A stretch of 64,000 nucleotides of DNA from Patescibacteria group bacterium (GTDB taxonomy: Bacteria > Patescibacteriota > Patescibacteriia > JAQUQO01): positions 798,343 through 862,342 of the forward strand of contig JAQUQO010000001.1 in assembly GCA_028716045.1 (NCBI GenBank), written 5' to 3'. A program made the translations under genes and the position numbers. Shown piece by piece: positions 38,284 to 48,515 of the stretch. The notes beneath the pieces were generated by a model, which worked only from the letters and a program-made list of their open reading frames with translations, was not told the DNA's origin and made no database searches. Position 1 is the stretch's first letter. The number at the start of each line of letters is the position of its first letter.

Positions 38284-39537
38284 ATGCAATACATTGCCGA
38301 TTTACATATTCATTCTAAATACTCCCGCGCCTGCTCTAAAGAACTGGAAGCGCCGATGATAGAAAAGTGGTGCAAAAAGAAGGGCGTGGCCATTATCGCC
38401 ACCAGTGATTTTACTCATCCGGCGTGGTTTAAGCATTTGCGGGAAAATTTGGAAGACGAGGGCAACGGCCTTTATGTTTTAAAAGGAAGCGACGGCAAAG
38501 TAAAATTTTTTTGCGCCACGGAAATTTCCTGCATTTATTCGCAGGGCGGCCAGACGCGCCGGTTGCACATTGTAGTTTTTGCTCCCTCGCTTGGAGTCGT
38601 GGAAAAAATAAATAAGGCGCTGGAAGCGCGCGGGTGTAATATCAAATCCGACGGCCGGCCGATTATTGGGTTGTCGGCCAAAGAGCTCGCCAAAATGGTT
38701 TTGGACATTGACCCCGCCTGCATGGTTATTCCGGCGCACGCTTGGACGCCGTGGTTCGCGGTTTTTGGCTCTAAATCCGGCTTTGATTCGCCGGAAGAAT
38801 GCTTTGAAGAGCTTACTCCGCAGATTTTTGCCATTGAAACCGGCCTTTCCAGCGACCCGGCCATGAATTGGCGCTGTTCCATGCTGGATAATATTACTTT
38901 AATCTCCAATTCCGACGCTCATTCGCCTTCTAACATTGCCCGCGAAGCTAATGTTTTTGATTTGGCCGAGCCAAGTTACAAAAATATCTGCGAGGCGATT
39001 AAATCTCATGACCCAAAAAAGTTTTTATACACCATTGAGTTTTATCCGGAAGAAGGGATGTATCATTTTGACGGCCATCGGGCCTGTGGAGTGAGTTTTG
39101 CTCCGGAGGAAACAAAAAAAAGGAGAAATCTTTGTCCGGAATGCGGCAAGGAGCTTACTATTGGCGTTTTGCACCGTGTGGATAACTTGGCAGACCAAAC
39201 CACGGAAAAGGGTCAAAAAGGCAAAATTCCGTTCAAAAGGTTGGTGGGGCTGGATGATGTTATTTCCGAAGCGCTTAATGTTAAGGGTAAAAAATCCAAG
39301 GCGGTGCTGGCCGAATACGAAAGTTTAATCGCTAAGGGCGGGAGTGAATTTAATGTGCTTTTAAATTTAAATTACGATGAACTGGCAAAAATTACTTTGC
39401 CAATGGTGGTGGAGGGTATCCGCCGCAATCGCGAAGGACGAGTTCAAATCAAACCCGGCTTTGACGGCCAATACGGCGAGGTGACGCTTTTTAGCGATAA
39501 AGAAAAATGTCTGGCGGAACAGAAAAAATTGTTCTAA
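38284..39537 (+). CDS. PHP-domain endonuclease Q-family protein
   Basis: ADLHIHSKYS, IPAHAWTP, ETGLSSD, SNSDAHS, GMYHFDGHRAC..CPECG..GVLHRV and PGFDGQYG. Confidence 0.9.
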   Translation: MQYIADLHIHSKYSRACSKELEAPMIEKWCKKKGVAIIATSDFTHPAWFKHLRENLEDEGNGLYVLKGSDGKVKFFCATEISCIYSQGGQTRRLHIVVFAPSLGVVEKINKALEARGCNIKSDGRPIIGLSAKELAKMVLDIDPACMVIPAHAWTPWFAVFGSKSGFDSPEECFEELTPQIFAIETGLSSDPAMNWRCSMLDNITLISNSDAHSPSNIAREANVFDLAEPSYKNICEAIKSHDPKKFLYTIEFYPEEGMYHFDGHRACGVSFAPEETKKRRNLCPECGKELTIGVLHRVDNLADQTTEKGQKGKIPFKRLVGLDDVISEALNVKGKKSKAVLAEYESLIAKGGSEFNVLLNLNYDELAKITLPMVVEGIRRNREGRVQIKPGFDGQYGEVTLFSDKEKCLAEQKKLF

Positions 39538-39624
39538 TTTTTGGCTAAGATAAAACAAAAATCCCCATAGTTCAATACTCGGGGATTTTTGTTTTTCGTT
39601 TTAAACTTAAAACAAAATTTAAGT

Positions 39625-39723
39625 TTATCTCCTTCTTTTTTTAGCAGCTTTTCTTTTTTTCGTGGCTTTTCTTTTCTTAGCCACCTTTTTTGTCTTCTTG
39701 GCTGCTTTTCTCTTTTTTGCCAT
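39625..39723 (-). CDS. Lys/Arg/Ala-rich histone-H1-like microprotein (32 aa, not in the ORF track)
   Basis: MAKKRKAAKKTKKVAKKRKATKKRKAAKKRRR*; SD AAAGGAGGTGA; downstream hairpin at about 39555-39592. Confidence 0.8.
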   Translation of the reverse strand: MAKKRKAAKKTKKVAKKRKATKKRKAAKKRRR

Positions 39724-39904
39724 AGTTCTCACCTCCTTTCATATTTGAGATAGAAAATTTTTACCGCTTAATCGCGAAAAAATTTTTCTTAATAAAACTA
39801 AAGGGTAAGGAACGGGGATATTTTTTAATTTTTGAATTGAGAAACAACTTAATAATATCCACTAGTATTATTATAACACTTTTTTAGGCAAGCGGGAAGA
39901 GATT

Positions 39905-41140
39905 TTAGCGGTCAAGAAGATTTTTGGACGCAAGTTTGACGTTTTCAATTTTGCCCTTGAGATTTTTTCCCGACACCTTTTTGATTTTCAAAAAGTTTTC
40001 CAAGTGTCCGAACCAGATTTTTTTGATATTTCCTTCCCACAGCACGGAAAATTTTTTTTCCAGCAATTTTTTTTGCCAATTTTTTCTTAATTTTTTGTCC
40101 AGCGCCATTATTTTTACAAGCCGTCGGCGGATAATTTTTTTTGAAATTTGGTTGGGAAGTTTTTCGGCAGTCGTTCCGGGACGATTGGAATAAGGAAAGG
40201 CGTGGATTTTGAAAAAGCTGTTTTGGGTAATAAAATTCAGGGTTTTTTGAAAATCCCCCTCCGTTTCTCCCGGAAAACCCACAATAATATCGCAGGAAAA
40301 GCCAAAAAAGGGAATAATTCTTTGAAATTTTTTAATGTTTTCGGAAATTTTTTGGAGAGAACAGGGGCGAATCATTTTTTTAAGAATCTCCGCACTGCCG
40401 CTTTGAAGAGAAAGATGAACGTGCGGCAAGAGCCGGGGATTTTCCCAAAGCGCAATAATTTTGTCATTAATGAGCCGCGGGTCAAGCGAACCAAAGCGAA
40501 TTCTGGGAATGGCGGTTTCTTTAAGGATTTTTTTTATCAAAGCGGCGAAATCCGTCTTTTTATAGTTATATAAAAGGATATTAATGCCGGTTAAAGTTAT
40601 TTCCGGATAGCCTTCGTGTTCGCGGGCTTTGATTTTTTTAATAATAACCGCCGGCGCGACGCTTCGTGAGCGGCCACGCAAAAGGCGGGTGAGGCAGTAG
40701 GCGCAATTAAAATCGCACCCATCCTGGATTTTTACAAACGATTTAACGAGATATTTATTGTTATTTTGACGCCTTGCGACTGACCGGAGATTCGGCGAGA
40801 TATCGGATTTTTGTAGAGACGCGATTAATTGCGTCTTTACTTTACGAATGAAGCCCTGCCAATTTTTAAAATACCCGTCAATTTGGGGCTGTTTTTTGTC
40901 GCGCAGGCAGCCCAAAACGTAGATTTTAGCTCGCGGATTTCGGTTTTTAATTTGATTAAACATCCGTCGCGTATCGCGCTCCGCGCCGGCAGTCACCGAG
41001 CAGGAATTAATAATATAAATATCTGCCGGCTCTTTGGGGCCGACAAAAATCACACCTTTCTTTTGGGAAAGGTGGTCGCGCAATTCTTCAATTTCCGCTT
41101 GGTTGGCCCGGCAACCAAGCGCGCGCAGAGAGATTCGCAT
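39905..41140 (-). CDS. MtaB/MiaB-family radical SAM tRNA methylthiotransferase
   Basis: LGCRANQ, INSCSVT, KIQDGCDFNCAYC, LSLQSGS and IVGFPGET motifs. Confidence 0.88.
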   Translation of the reverse strand: MRISLRALGCRANQAEIEELRDHLSQKKGVIFVGPKEPADIYIINSCSVTAGAERDTRRMFNQIKNRNPRAKIYVLGCLRDKKQPQIDGYFKNWQGFIRKVKTQLIASLQKSDISPNLRSVARRQNNNKYLVKSFVKIQDGCDFNCAYCLTRLLRGRSRSVAPAVIIKKIKAREHEGYPEITLTGINILLYNYKKTDFAALIKKILKETAIPRIRFGSLDPRLINDKIIALWENPRLLPHVHLSLQSGSAEILKKMIRPCSLQKISENIKKFQRIIPFFGFSCDIIVGFPGETEGDFQKTLNFITQNSFFKIHAFPYSNRPGTTAEKLPNQISKKIIRRRLVKIMALDKKLRKNWQKKLLEKKFSVLWEGNIKKIWFGHLENFLKIKKVSGKNLKGKIENVKLASKNLLDR

Positions 41141-41297
41141 ACTTAATTATAGAAACATAAAATATTATGTCCGAGTATCCGTTTAAATTGATAGATTTTT
41201 AAAGTATTTGACAAAAAAATGTTATGGGTGTATATTCATAATAGATAGTGGATAAAGGCCGAGCTATCTATTAAAATTAAGAAAGGGGGTGAATAAT

Positions 41298-41537
41298 ATG
41301 CCAAAATTAGATGGAACTGGCCCAATGGGGCAAGGCGCTGGAACCGGACGAGGATTAGGCCCTTGCGGAGGCGGGATGAAACGAGGTTGGGGTTGCTGGG
41401 GCAGAGGTTTAGGATTTAGGAGATTTATTTCTCCTAAAAATGAACTGGCTGCCCTGAAAGATGAAGAAAAAATACTTGAGGAAGAATTGGCGGCGATCAA
41501 AGAAGAAAAAGCAGCCCTAAAAGACCAGCAAAAGTAA
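41298..41537 (+). CDS. DUF5320-family protein
   Basis: MPKLDGTGPMGQG..TGRGLGPC plus a C-terminal coiled coil. Confidence 0.8.
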   Translation: MPKLDGTGPMGQGAGTGRGLGPCGGGMKRGWGCWGRGLGFRRFISPKNELAALKDEEKILEEELAAIKEEKAALKDQQK

Positions 41538-41636
41538 AAGAAGGCACGGGACTGGCCCTTCGTTTTTGGCGGAGGGCCGAGTGGCCTTCTCTTACATAAG
41601 AGAGAATAACAAATTTATTATAATTTTTCAATATCT

Positions 41637-41912
41637 ATGCCGCGACCGAGACTTTGCAGAAAAATAATGTTTGATCCCAAGATAACTTATTTTAAACCCC
41701 AAGGCGTGCCTATGAGGTTTCTTGAGATTGCGGAATTAACAACCGAAGAAATGGAATCTTTCCGCTTGCGCCATATCAATGATTTAGAACAAAAAGAAGC
41801 CGCTAAAAAAATGCATACTTCCCAAAGTACATATCAAAGGATACTATATTCGGCGTATAAAAAAATCGCCGATGCTTTAATAAATGGGAAAGCAATTAAA
41901 ATAATAAAATAA
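41637..41912 (+). CDS. DUF134-family HTH DNA-binding protein
   Basis: MPRPRLCR..FKPQG..EAAKKMHTSQST..KIADAL..GKAI. Confidence 0.88.
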   Translation: MPRPRLCRKIMFDPKITYFKPQGVPMRFLEIAELTTEEMESFRLRHINDLEQKEAAKKMHTSQSTYQRILYSAYKKIADALINGKAIKIIK

Positions 41913-41915
41913 AAT

Positions 41916-43019
41916 ATGAAAATCAAGGCGCTGCTGTTAATTTTTTTCTTTCTTTTGTTGCCCGCAGCATTATTTGCTCAAAATAACCCAGAACAAAAAG
42001 AGGAAGAAATTTTTAAAGCTCGGGTGGTTGATATTCTTGAACAAAAAAATGTTACTCGTGATGATGGTTCAATTTCAACTCAACAAAAATTGAAACTTAA
42101 GGGGCTGGGAGAAGATTGGAAAGATAAAGAAATAATTTTTGACGGAATAGGATTTGATGTTTTGTCAGCCAGTGAATATAAAGTCGGGGACAAGGTATTA
42201 GTCAATTATAGTCCCGGACTGGAGGGGGAGGAAAATTTTTATGTGATCGGTTTTTCCCGCACTCGTCCTGTTTATTGGTTGGTGTTCTTGTTTGCCTTGA
42301 TTGTAACAGCAGTCGGCAGATTAAAAGGATTCCGGGCGCTGATTGTCTTGTTGCTGACTTTTTTAATCATTTTAAAATTCATTGTTCCAAAAATATTATC
42401 CGGCAGCAACCCGCTTTTAATTAGTATTATTGGTTCGTTCTTTATTTTAATTTTGGCTGTTTATATCACAGAAGGATTTAAACGGACATCAACAGTCGCT
42501 ATTTTTTCCATCTTAATTTCTCTAATAATTACTGGCTTGTTATCTGTCTGGTTTTCAGCCATAACAAAATTGACGGGATTTGCCAGTGAGGAAGCGGCAT
42601 ACTTAATCGAATTATCGGGCGGCGATATAAATATTAAAGGTCTCTTGCTCGCGGGAATTATTATCGGAGCACTCGGCGTTTTAGATGACGTAATTATTTC
42701 TCAAGTGGCGTTAGTTAAGGAATTGAGAATTTTGAACCCGCAACTGGCAAAAATCCAAATTTACCGCCAAGCCATGAGAGTTGGAATCTCACACTTGAGT
42801 TCAATGGTTAATACTTTGTTTTTAGCTTATGCTGGAGCTTCTTTGCCCCTACTTATTTTATTTAGCGTAAAACAACCGCCATTTTTAACTTTTAATCAAG
42901 TGATAGACAACGAAATGATTGCCACGGAAATTGTCAGAACTTTTACTGGCAGTATTGGATTGGTTTTAGCCGTTCCAATCGCGACATTTTTAGCCGTTCA
43001 GTTTATAAAAAACAAATAG
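41916..43019 (+). CDS. YibE/F-family membrane protein
   Basis: Multi-TM; GALGVLDDV, SMVNTLFLAYAG and EIVRT..GSIGL. Confidence 0.88.
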   Translation: MKIKALLLIFFFLLLPAALFAQNNPEQKEEEIFKARVVDILEQKNVTRDDGSISTQQKLKLKGLGEDWKDKEIIFDGIGFDVLSASEYKVGDKVLVNYSPGLEGEENFYVIGFSRTRPVYWLVFLFALIVTAVGRLKGFRALIVLLLTFLIILKFIVPKILSGSNPLLISIIGSFFILILAVYITEGFKRTSTVAIFSILISLIITGLLSVWFSAITKLTGFASEEAAYLIELSGGDINIKGLLLAGIIIGALGVLDDVIISQVALVKELRILNPQLAKIQIYRQAMRVGISHLSSMVNTLFLAYAGASLPLLILFSVKQPPFLTFNQVIDNEMIATEIVRTFTGSIGLVLAVPIATFLAVQFIKNK

Positions 43020-43071
43020 CTATTAATAGCTATTTGTTTTTTCAACCCCTCAAGGGGCGACTAATTCAATA

Positions 43072-43147
43072 TGGTGGACCCGAGCGGATTCGAACCGCTT
43101 ACCTCCTCATTGCAAATGAGGCGTTCTACCAACTGAACTACGGGCCC
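43072..43147 (-). tRNA. tRNA-Ala(TGC)
   Basis: GGGCCCG...CGGGTCC ACCA with a G3:U70 pair; anticodon loop TTTGCAA. Confidence 0.96.
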
Positions 43148-43308
43148 AAAATCAACCAACAACTAACAACTTTGAGCATTTTGTTTTTTAAATATGTATA
43201 TTATAGCAGTAAAAGCGCGAATTGTCAATGCGCTTGACAGCCGTGGCTTTTTATAATAAAATGTTTTCTAAGTTTGTTCTGTGGGCAATTTAACAAAAGG
43301 AGGCAGAA

Positions 43309-43818
43309 ATGAAAGAGAAAAAATCGAGGTGCAAAGTTTCTTCGTTCGAGGAACTGTTTTTTATCCAAAATAAGTTGCTCCGCTGGAAAAGTCGTAGCTG
43401 CAAGCCAGACGGTTTACCCAAAGTTTTAAATAAATTTCTTCCGATGTGGAAGAAAAAGGTGAACCAGGCAGCTGTCATTGAATTTTACAAGAGTTTTTTC
43501 GGAGTAATCAGTGGGGAGATGCACAGATTGAAAGTGAAGGCGGTTTTAATTAGGCCGTCAGAAAAAGTTCCGTTTTTTGAATTTTTTGCACTGGAAGTTC
43601 GGAGAAAAAACGGAACCAATAATACAAAATCACTGGGCTTTAAGTTCGGAGAAAAAATCAACAAGACCAAATTAAAGCCCAATAGTGATTATGCCCAGAA
43701 AGAAATTTTTTTGCGTTTCGGAGTAGCTTCGCTTTTGAATCTGGACGCTTCAGACACCCCGATTTTCGGCTTGAGAGTTGCCCCGCACGATGGCCACAGC
43801 GCCAAGATATTTTTTTGA
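43309..43818 (+). CDS. Hypothetical protein
   Basis: AAGGAGG SD, CTTGACA promoter and terminator at 43831-43868. Confidence 0.6.
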   Translation: MKEKKSRCKVSSFEELFFIQNKLLRWKSRSCKPDGLPKVLNKFLPMWKKKVNQAAVIEFYKSFFGVISGEMHRLKVKAVLIRPSEKVPFFEFFALEVRRKNGTNNTKSLGFKFGEKINKTKLKPNSDYAQKEIFLRFGVASLLNLDASDTPIFGLRVAPHDGHSAKIFF

Positions 43819-43883
43819 TTTTATTCACCAAGCCCGTCCCGACAAAATATCGGAACGGGCTTTTTTTATGACTAGTTAACCGA

Positions 43884-44324
43884 TTAGACAGTCGGCGTTT
43901 CTTTTTTACCTTTCCACAAAAAGCTGATGCCGCAAACATCTTTAGCTTTGGCGGCAAAATAAACAGACAATAAAAGCAGCAGAGAATTATATTCTATACT
44001 GATGGTCGGCAGAACCACTTTTTCGCTCAACAGTCCGGCTAAAATTACCGCCACCATTTCTAAGGCAAAAAGCGAACCGATAACTTTAACCCCCAAGCCA
44101 AGGAGTAGGAGCGCCCCGCCGATAATTTCAAAGTAAGCCAAGATCGTCGCCATAATAAGGGGCAGGGGGATAGAAATTAGTTCCAGCAGACCGCTAAACT
44201 CGGATAGGTTAGTGGCCTTGCTGATTCCGTGGAGAATAAAAATCAACCCCACAAAAACGCGCAATAAGAGCAGGATAATGTCCGGCAAGCGCATCCCGCA
44301 CTTTGAGCTTTCGCATTTAAACAT
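43884..44324 (-). CDS. DoxX-family membrane protein
   Basis: LLLRVFVGLIFILHGISK..FEIIGG.LLLLG..IEYN. Confidence 0.82.
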   Translation of the reverse strand: MFKCESSKCGMRLPDIILLLLRVFVGLIFILHGISKATNLSEFSGLLELISIPLPLIMATILAYFEIIGGALLLLGLGVKVIGSLFALEMVAVILAGLLSEKVVLPTISIEYNSLLLLLSVYFAAKAKDVCGISFLWKGKKETPTV

Positions 44325-44416
44325 AGGTTTTGCTTATTTAATTAGGATTATTTTATTATAGCATATTTTATTGACTAAAAACCATTTATTTGTTAAGCTA
44401 AAAATACAATTTTAAA

Positions 44417-44582
44417 AGCGTTTAATCCCGGTAATCGTCGGGAAAGCTTTCGGAAGAAATCCGTTGATGAAGCGGAAAGTAGAACCGAACGGGCGGCCCG
44501 TTATAGCTCCCAATTAAGCATAATGCCGAGATGGTACCTCCCGAGCGTTCGGGATCTTGGTAACAAGTCGGCTTTTTTGTTT
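44417..44582 (+). promoter_or_regulatory. T-box riboswitch (Ile, ultrashort stem I) with intrinsic terminator
   Basis: Stem I TCCCGGTA-ATC-GTCGGGA; AGTAGAACCGAACGGG..CCCGTTA; antiterminator CCGAGA-TGGTACC-TCCCGA..TCGGGA-TCTTGG; GCCGA..TCGGC plus T-tract. Confidence 0.85.
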
Positions 44583-44608
44583 AATTAATTTTAGTAGATA
44601 ATAAAATT

Positions 44609-47506
44609 ATGTCAGAAGGTAAAATAAAGAAATCATTTCCCGAAATTGAAGAAGAAATACTCAAGTTTTGGGAAGAAAATAAAACTTTTGAGAAATCCGT
44701 GGCGCAAAGAGATGAAAAAAATCTTTACGTTTTTTATGATGGTCCGCCGTTCGCCACCGGCCTGCCCCACTACGGGCATATTGTGGCCGGAACCATGAAA
44801 GACGTGGTGCCGCGCTATTGGACGATGAGGGGCAAACGCGTGGAGCGCCGCTGGGGGTGGGATTGCCATGGTTTGCCGATTGAGAACATTGTGGAAAAAG
44901 AATTAAATTTAAAAAGCCGTAAGGATATTGAAGCGCTCGGCGTGGCTAAATTCAATGAGGCCTGTCGCAGCAAGGTTTTGATGTACGCCGATGAATGGAA
45001 AAAAATCGTCAAACGGCTGGGGCGTTGGGTGGACATGGAAAACGATTACAAAACCATGGACGTTTCTTTTATGGAATCCGTCTGGTGGGTGTTTAAAAGT
45101 TTATGGGAGAAGGGTTTGGTTTACGAGGGTTATAAAAGTATGCACATTTGTCCGCGCTGCGAGACCACTTTAAGCAACATAGAAGTAAGCGATGGTTATA
45201 AAGATATCAGCGATATTTCCGTCATAGTTAAATTCAAATTAGTCGGAGAAAAAAATGTCTATGCTTTAGCGTGGACTACCACTCCCTGGACTTTGCCGGG
45301 CAACGTGGCTTTGGCCGTGGGAGCCGATATAGATTACGCCAAAGTAAAAATAGGCGGAGAGTTTTATATTTTAGCCACGGAACTTTTAGAAGAAGTTTTA
45401 AACGGCAAAAAGTACGAGGTCACGGAAAGAATGAAGGGCAAGGATTTGGAAAATAAAAAATATGAACCGTTATTTCCATTCTTTTTGGATAAAGATTTAC
45501 CCCATAAAGATAATTTGTATAAAATTGTCACCGCCGGATTCGTTTCCACCGACGACGGTACGGGCATTGTCCATATCGCGCCGGCTTTTGGCGAAGACGA
45601 TATGAATTTAGGTCGCGAGAAAAATTTATCTTTTATTCAGCATGTCAAAACCGATGGACGTTTTACCGATGATATCACCCCTTGGGCCGGCAGGGAAGTA
45701 AAACCCAAAGTTGACCCGACGGGCACCGATGCTTTAGTGGTGGAGTATTTAGCCAAAGCTGGTCTGCTTTTTTCCCAGCAAAGATACGAGCATAGTTATC
45801 CTCATTGCTGGCGTTGTGAATCTCCGCTGTTGAATTATGCAGCTTCTTCCTGGTTTATTAAAGTGACGGCCGTCGAAGAAGAGATGTTAAAATTAGCCAA
45901 AGAAATTAATTGGGTGCCGGCGCATTTAAAGGAAGGCCGATTCGGGCAGTGGTTGGAAAGCACCAAAGATTGGTCAATCTCCCGCTCGCGCTATTGGGGT
46001 AACCCTATGCCGGTTTGGAGATGCGATTCCTGTAAAAAAATCAGAGTTATTGGCAGCAAAGAAGAGCTGGAAAAATTAAGTCAGAAGAAGGTTTCCGACA
46101 TCCATAAGCATTTTATTGATGAAATAACGTTTAAATGTGAAAAGTGTTCCGGTCAAATGCGCCGCATCCCGGAGGTCTTTGATTGCTGGGTGGAAAGCGG
46201 TTCTATGCCCTATGGACAGATGCATTATCCCTTTGAGAACAAAAAGAAATTTGAAGAAAATTTTCCCGCCGAGTTTATCGGCGAAGGGGTTGACCAGACG
46301 CGCGGTTGGTTTTATACGCTTCATGTTTTAAGCACGGCGCTTTTTGCCCGGCCGGCCTACAAAAACGTTATTGCTAACGGCATTGTGCTGGCGGAAGACG
46401 GGCAAAAGATGTCCAAAAGTAAAAATAATTACCCCGACCCCATGGCCTTAGTGAATAAATATGGCGCTGACGCTTTGCGTTATTATCTGACCACTTCGGC
46501 GGTGATGAAAGCCGAGGATTTGTGTTTTTCCGAAAAGCAGGTGGATGAGGTTTATAAAAAAGTGATTTTGATTTTGGAGAACGTTCTTAGTTTTTATGAG
46601 ATGTATAAGGAAAAAAAGATTAAAGAGGTGAAGAGCAGACATATTTTGGACCGTTGGGTTTTATCCAAGGTTAACGAATTAGTCCGCGATGTTACCGTTG
46701 CCATGGAAGCGTATGATTTGCCGGCGGCCGCCAAACCCATCGCAGAGTTTATTAACGAGCTTTCCACCTGGTATATCCGCCGCAGTCGGGACCGTTTTAA
46801 ATCCGCGGACTCTGAAGATAAAAAAGCGGCCTTAAGCACACTGGATACCATTTTAAAAAAGTTGGCTTTGGTGGCAGCGCCTTTTACTCCCTTTTTAGCC
46901 GAAGAAATTTGGCGAAAGGTCGGGAATAAAGAGTCGGTTCATTTGGAGAAGTGGCCGGAAAGTGGAGAAATTTTGCCGGAAGTTTTGGAGCAAATGGGAA
47001 AAGTTAAAAAAATAGTGGAAGAAGTTTTGGCCGGCCGCGACGAGGTGGGCATCAAAATCAGACAGCCGCTCGCCGAACTGGTTATTGCCGAAAAAATAGG
47101 CGAAGAATATCTGGAGATATTAAAAGACGAAGTGAATGTTAAAACCGTGAAGATGGTGGCTAAGGACGAGCTTCCTAAGGGAGAAAAGTGGCTGGAGAAA
47201 GCGGGGATTTTTTCGCTTAATCTGGAAATCTCCGAGGAGTTGAAAAAAGAAGGCCTCATCAGGGATTTGACGAGGCAGGTGAATGCTTTGCGCAAAAAAG
47301 CGGGGCTGACCATCAAAGACCAGGTGGATATTTTTTATGAGACCGTGGACGAACTGATAATGGGAGCAATTGCTGACCATGAAGAGAAATTGAAAAATGA
47401 TACCTTGTCCCGAGCCATTAAGCCCGGCAAGGGGGATTTTGACGCCGAAGCGGAATTGGAGCTTAACGGCGCCAAGTTTTGGCTGGGCATTAAAAAGTTT
47501 AATTAA
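44609..47506 (+). CDS. ileS: Isoleucine--tRNA ligase (type 2)
   Basis: DGPPFATGLPHYGH, WTTTPWTL, DWSISRSRYWG and KMSKS. Confidence 0.97.
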   Translation: MSEGKIKKSFPEIEEEILKFWEENKTFEKSVAQRDEKNLYVFYDGPPFATGLPHYGHIVAGTMKDVVPRYWTMRGKRVERRWGWDCHGLPIENIVEKELNLKSRKDIEALGVAKFNEACRSKVLMYADEWKKIVKRLGRWVDMENDYKTMDVSFMESVWWVFKSLWEKGLVYEGYKSMHICPRCETTLSNIEVSDGYKDISDISVIVKFKLVGEKNVYALAWTTTPWTLPGNVALAVGADIDYAKVKIGGEFYILATELLEEVLNGKKYEVTERMKGKDLENKKYEPLFPFFLDKDLPHKDNLYKIVTAGFVSTDDGTGIVHIAPAFGEDDMNLGREKNLSFIQHVKTDGRFTDDITPWAGREVKPKVDPTGTDALVVEYLAKAGLLFSQQRYEHSYPHCWRCESPLLNYAASSWFIKVTAVEEEMLKLAKEINWVPAHLKEGRFGQWLESTKDWSISRSRYWGNPMPVWRCDSCKKIRVIGSKEELEKLSQKKVSDIHKHFIDEITFKCEKCSGQMRRIPEVFDCWVESGSMPYGQMHYPFENKKKFEENFPAEFIGEGVDQTRGWFYTLHVLSTALFARPAYKNVIANGIVLAEDGQKMSKSKNNYPDPMALVNKYGADALRYYLTTSAVMKAEDLCFSEKQVDEVYKKVILILENVLSFYEMYKEKKIKEVKSRHILDRWVLSKVNELVRDVTVAMEAYDLPAAAKPIAEFINELSTWYIRRSRDRFKSADSEDKKAALSTLDTILKKLALVAAPFTPFLAEEIWRKVGNKESVHLEKWPESGEILPEVLEQMGKVKKIVEEVLAGRDEVGIKIRQPLAELVIAEKIGEEYLEILKDEVNVKTVKMVAKDELPKGEKWLEKAGIFSLNLEISEELKKEGLIRDLTRQVNALRKKAGLTIKDQVDIFYETVDELIMGAIADHEEKLKNDTLSRAIKPGKGDFDAEAELELNGAKFWLGIKKFN

Positions 47507-47520
47507 AATAAGTTACCTCT

Positions 47521-48495
47521 ATGATGACCATCAAACAAATTTATGATTTAGCCATAAAAATGGGGATTAAAAACGACTTGCGCGGAGAACGGGCCGTGGC
47601 TAAACGTTTGAAAAAATTGAATGAGAAATATGCCAAACTCTCCGGAGAAGAAAAAGCGGATTTTGATAAAGAGAGTTTAGTCAATCCTTACGCCGATTCC
47701 CGGGTTTATTGCGGCCATCCAGCAAAACCGGTAAAGAGAATTTTGGCCGGCATTGATATTGATACCGGTGAGTTGATGCTGGCCAAAGAGCTTTCCAAGA
47801 TTAAGCCGATTGACTTGGTTATCAGCCATCATCCGCTCGGGTGCGGGTTGGCGGGTTTGAGCGAAGTGATGGATTTACAGGCCGAAGTTTATGCTATGTA
47901 TGGCGTGCCTATTCATATTGCCGAGAGTTTAATCAAGCCGCGAATTGCCGAAGTTTCCCGCTCGGTTTCCGGCTCTAACCATAATAAAACCGTGGACGCC
48001 GCCAAACTTCTGGGTTTGTCGTTGATGTCGCTTCATACAGCAGCGGATAATCTGGTGGCTAATTTTTTAAAGAAATATGTAGAAAAAAATAAAAGCAAAA
48101 TAGAAATCGTCGGCGATTTAGTAAAACTTTTAAAAGAAATTCCCGAATACCAAGAAGCCTGTAAAATTAAAGCCGGCCCGTCTATTTTTGCGGGAAGCAA
48201 GGAGAAAAGAACCGGCAAAATCGCTTTGACAGAAATCACTGGCGGAACATCCGGTTCCAAGGATGTTTACGAAAAACTTTCCAATGCCGGCATTGGCACG
48301 ATTGTGGGAATGCATATGCAGGAGCAATGGAAGAACGAGGCCGAGAAAGCTCATCTAAGCGTAGTCATCGCCGGGCACATGTCTTCGGATTCCCTCGGCA
48401 TGAATTTATTTTTAGATGAATTGGAAAAAAGAGGGATAGAGGTTTTAACCTGTTCGGGATTAATCAGGATTTCCAGAAATAAAAAAAGAAAATAA
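47521..48495 (+). CDS. NIF3-like dinuclear metal centre protein
   Basis: NPYADS, GIDID, ISHHP, HTAAD and GHMSSDSLG. Confidence 0.82.
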   Translation: MMTIKQIYDLAIKMGIKNDLRGERAVAKRLKKLNEKYAKLSGEEKADFDKESLVNPYADSRVYCGHPAKPVKRILAGIDIDTGELMLAKELSKIKPIDLVISHHPLGCGLAGLSEVMDLQAEVYAMYGVPIHIAESLIKPRIAEVSRSVSGSNHNKTVDAAKLLGLSLMSLHTAADNLVANFLKKYVEKNKSKIEIVGDLVKLLKEIPEYQEACKIKAGPSIFAGSKEKRTGKIALTEITGGTSGSKDVYEKLSNAGIGTIVGMHMQEQWKNEAEKAHLSVVIAGHMSSDSLGMNLFLDELEKRGIEVLTCSGLIRISRNKKRK

Positions 48496-48515
48496 AATTA
48501 GCAGGAGGAAAAAAA

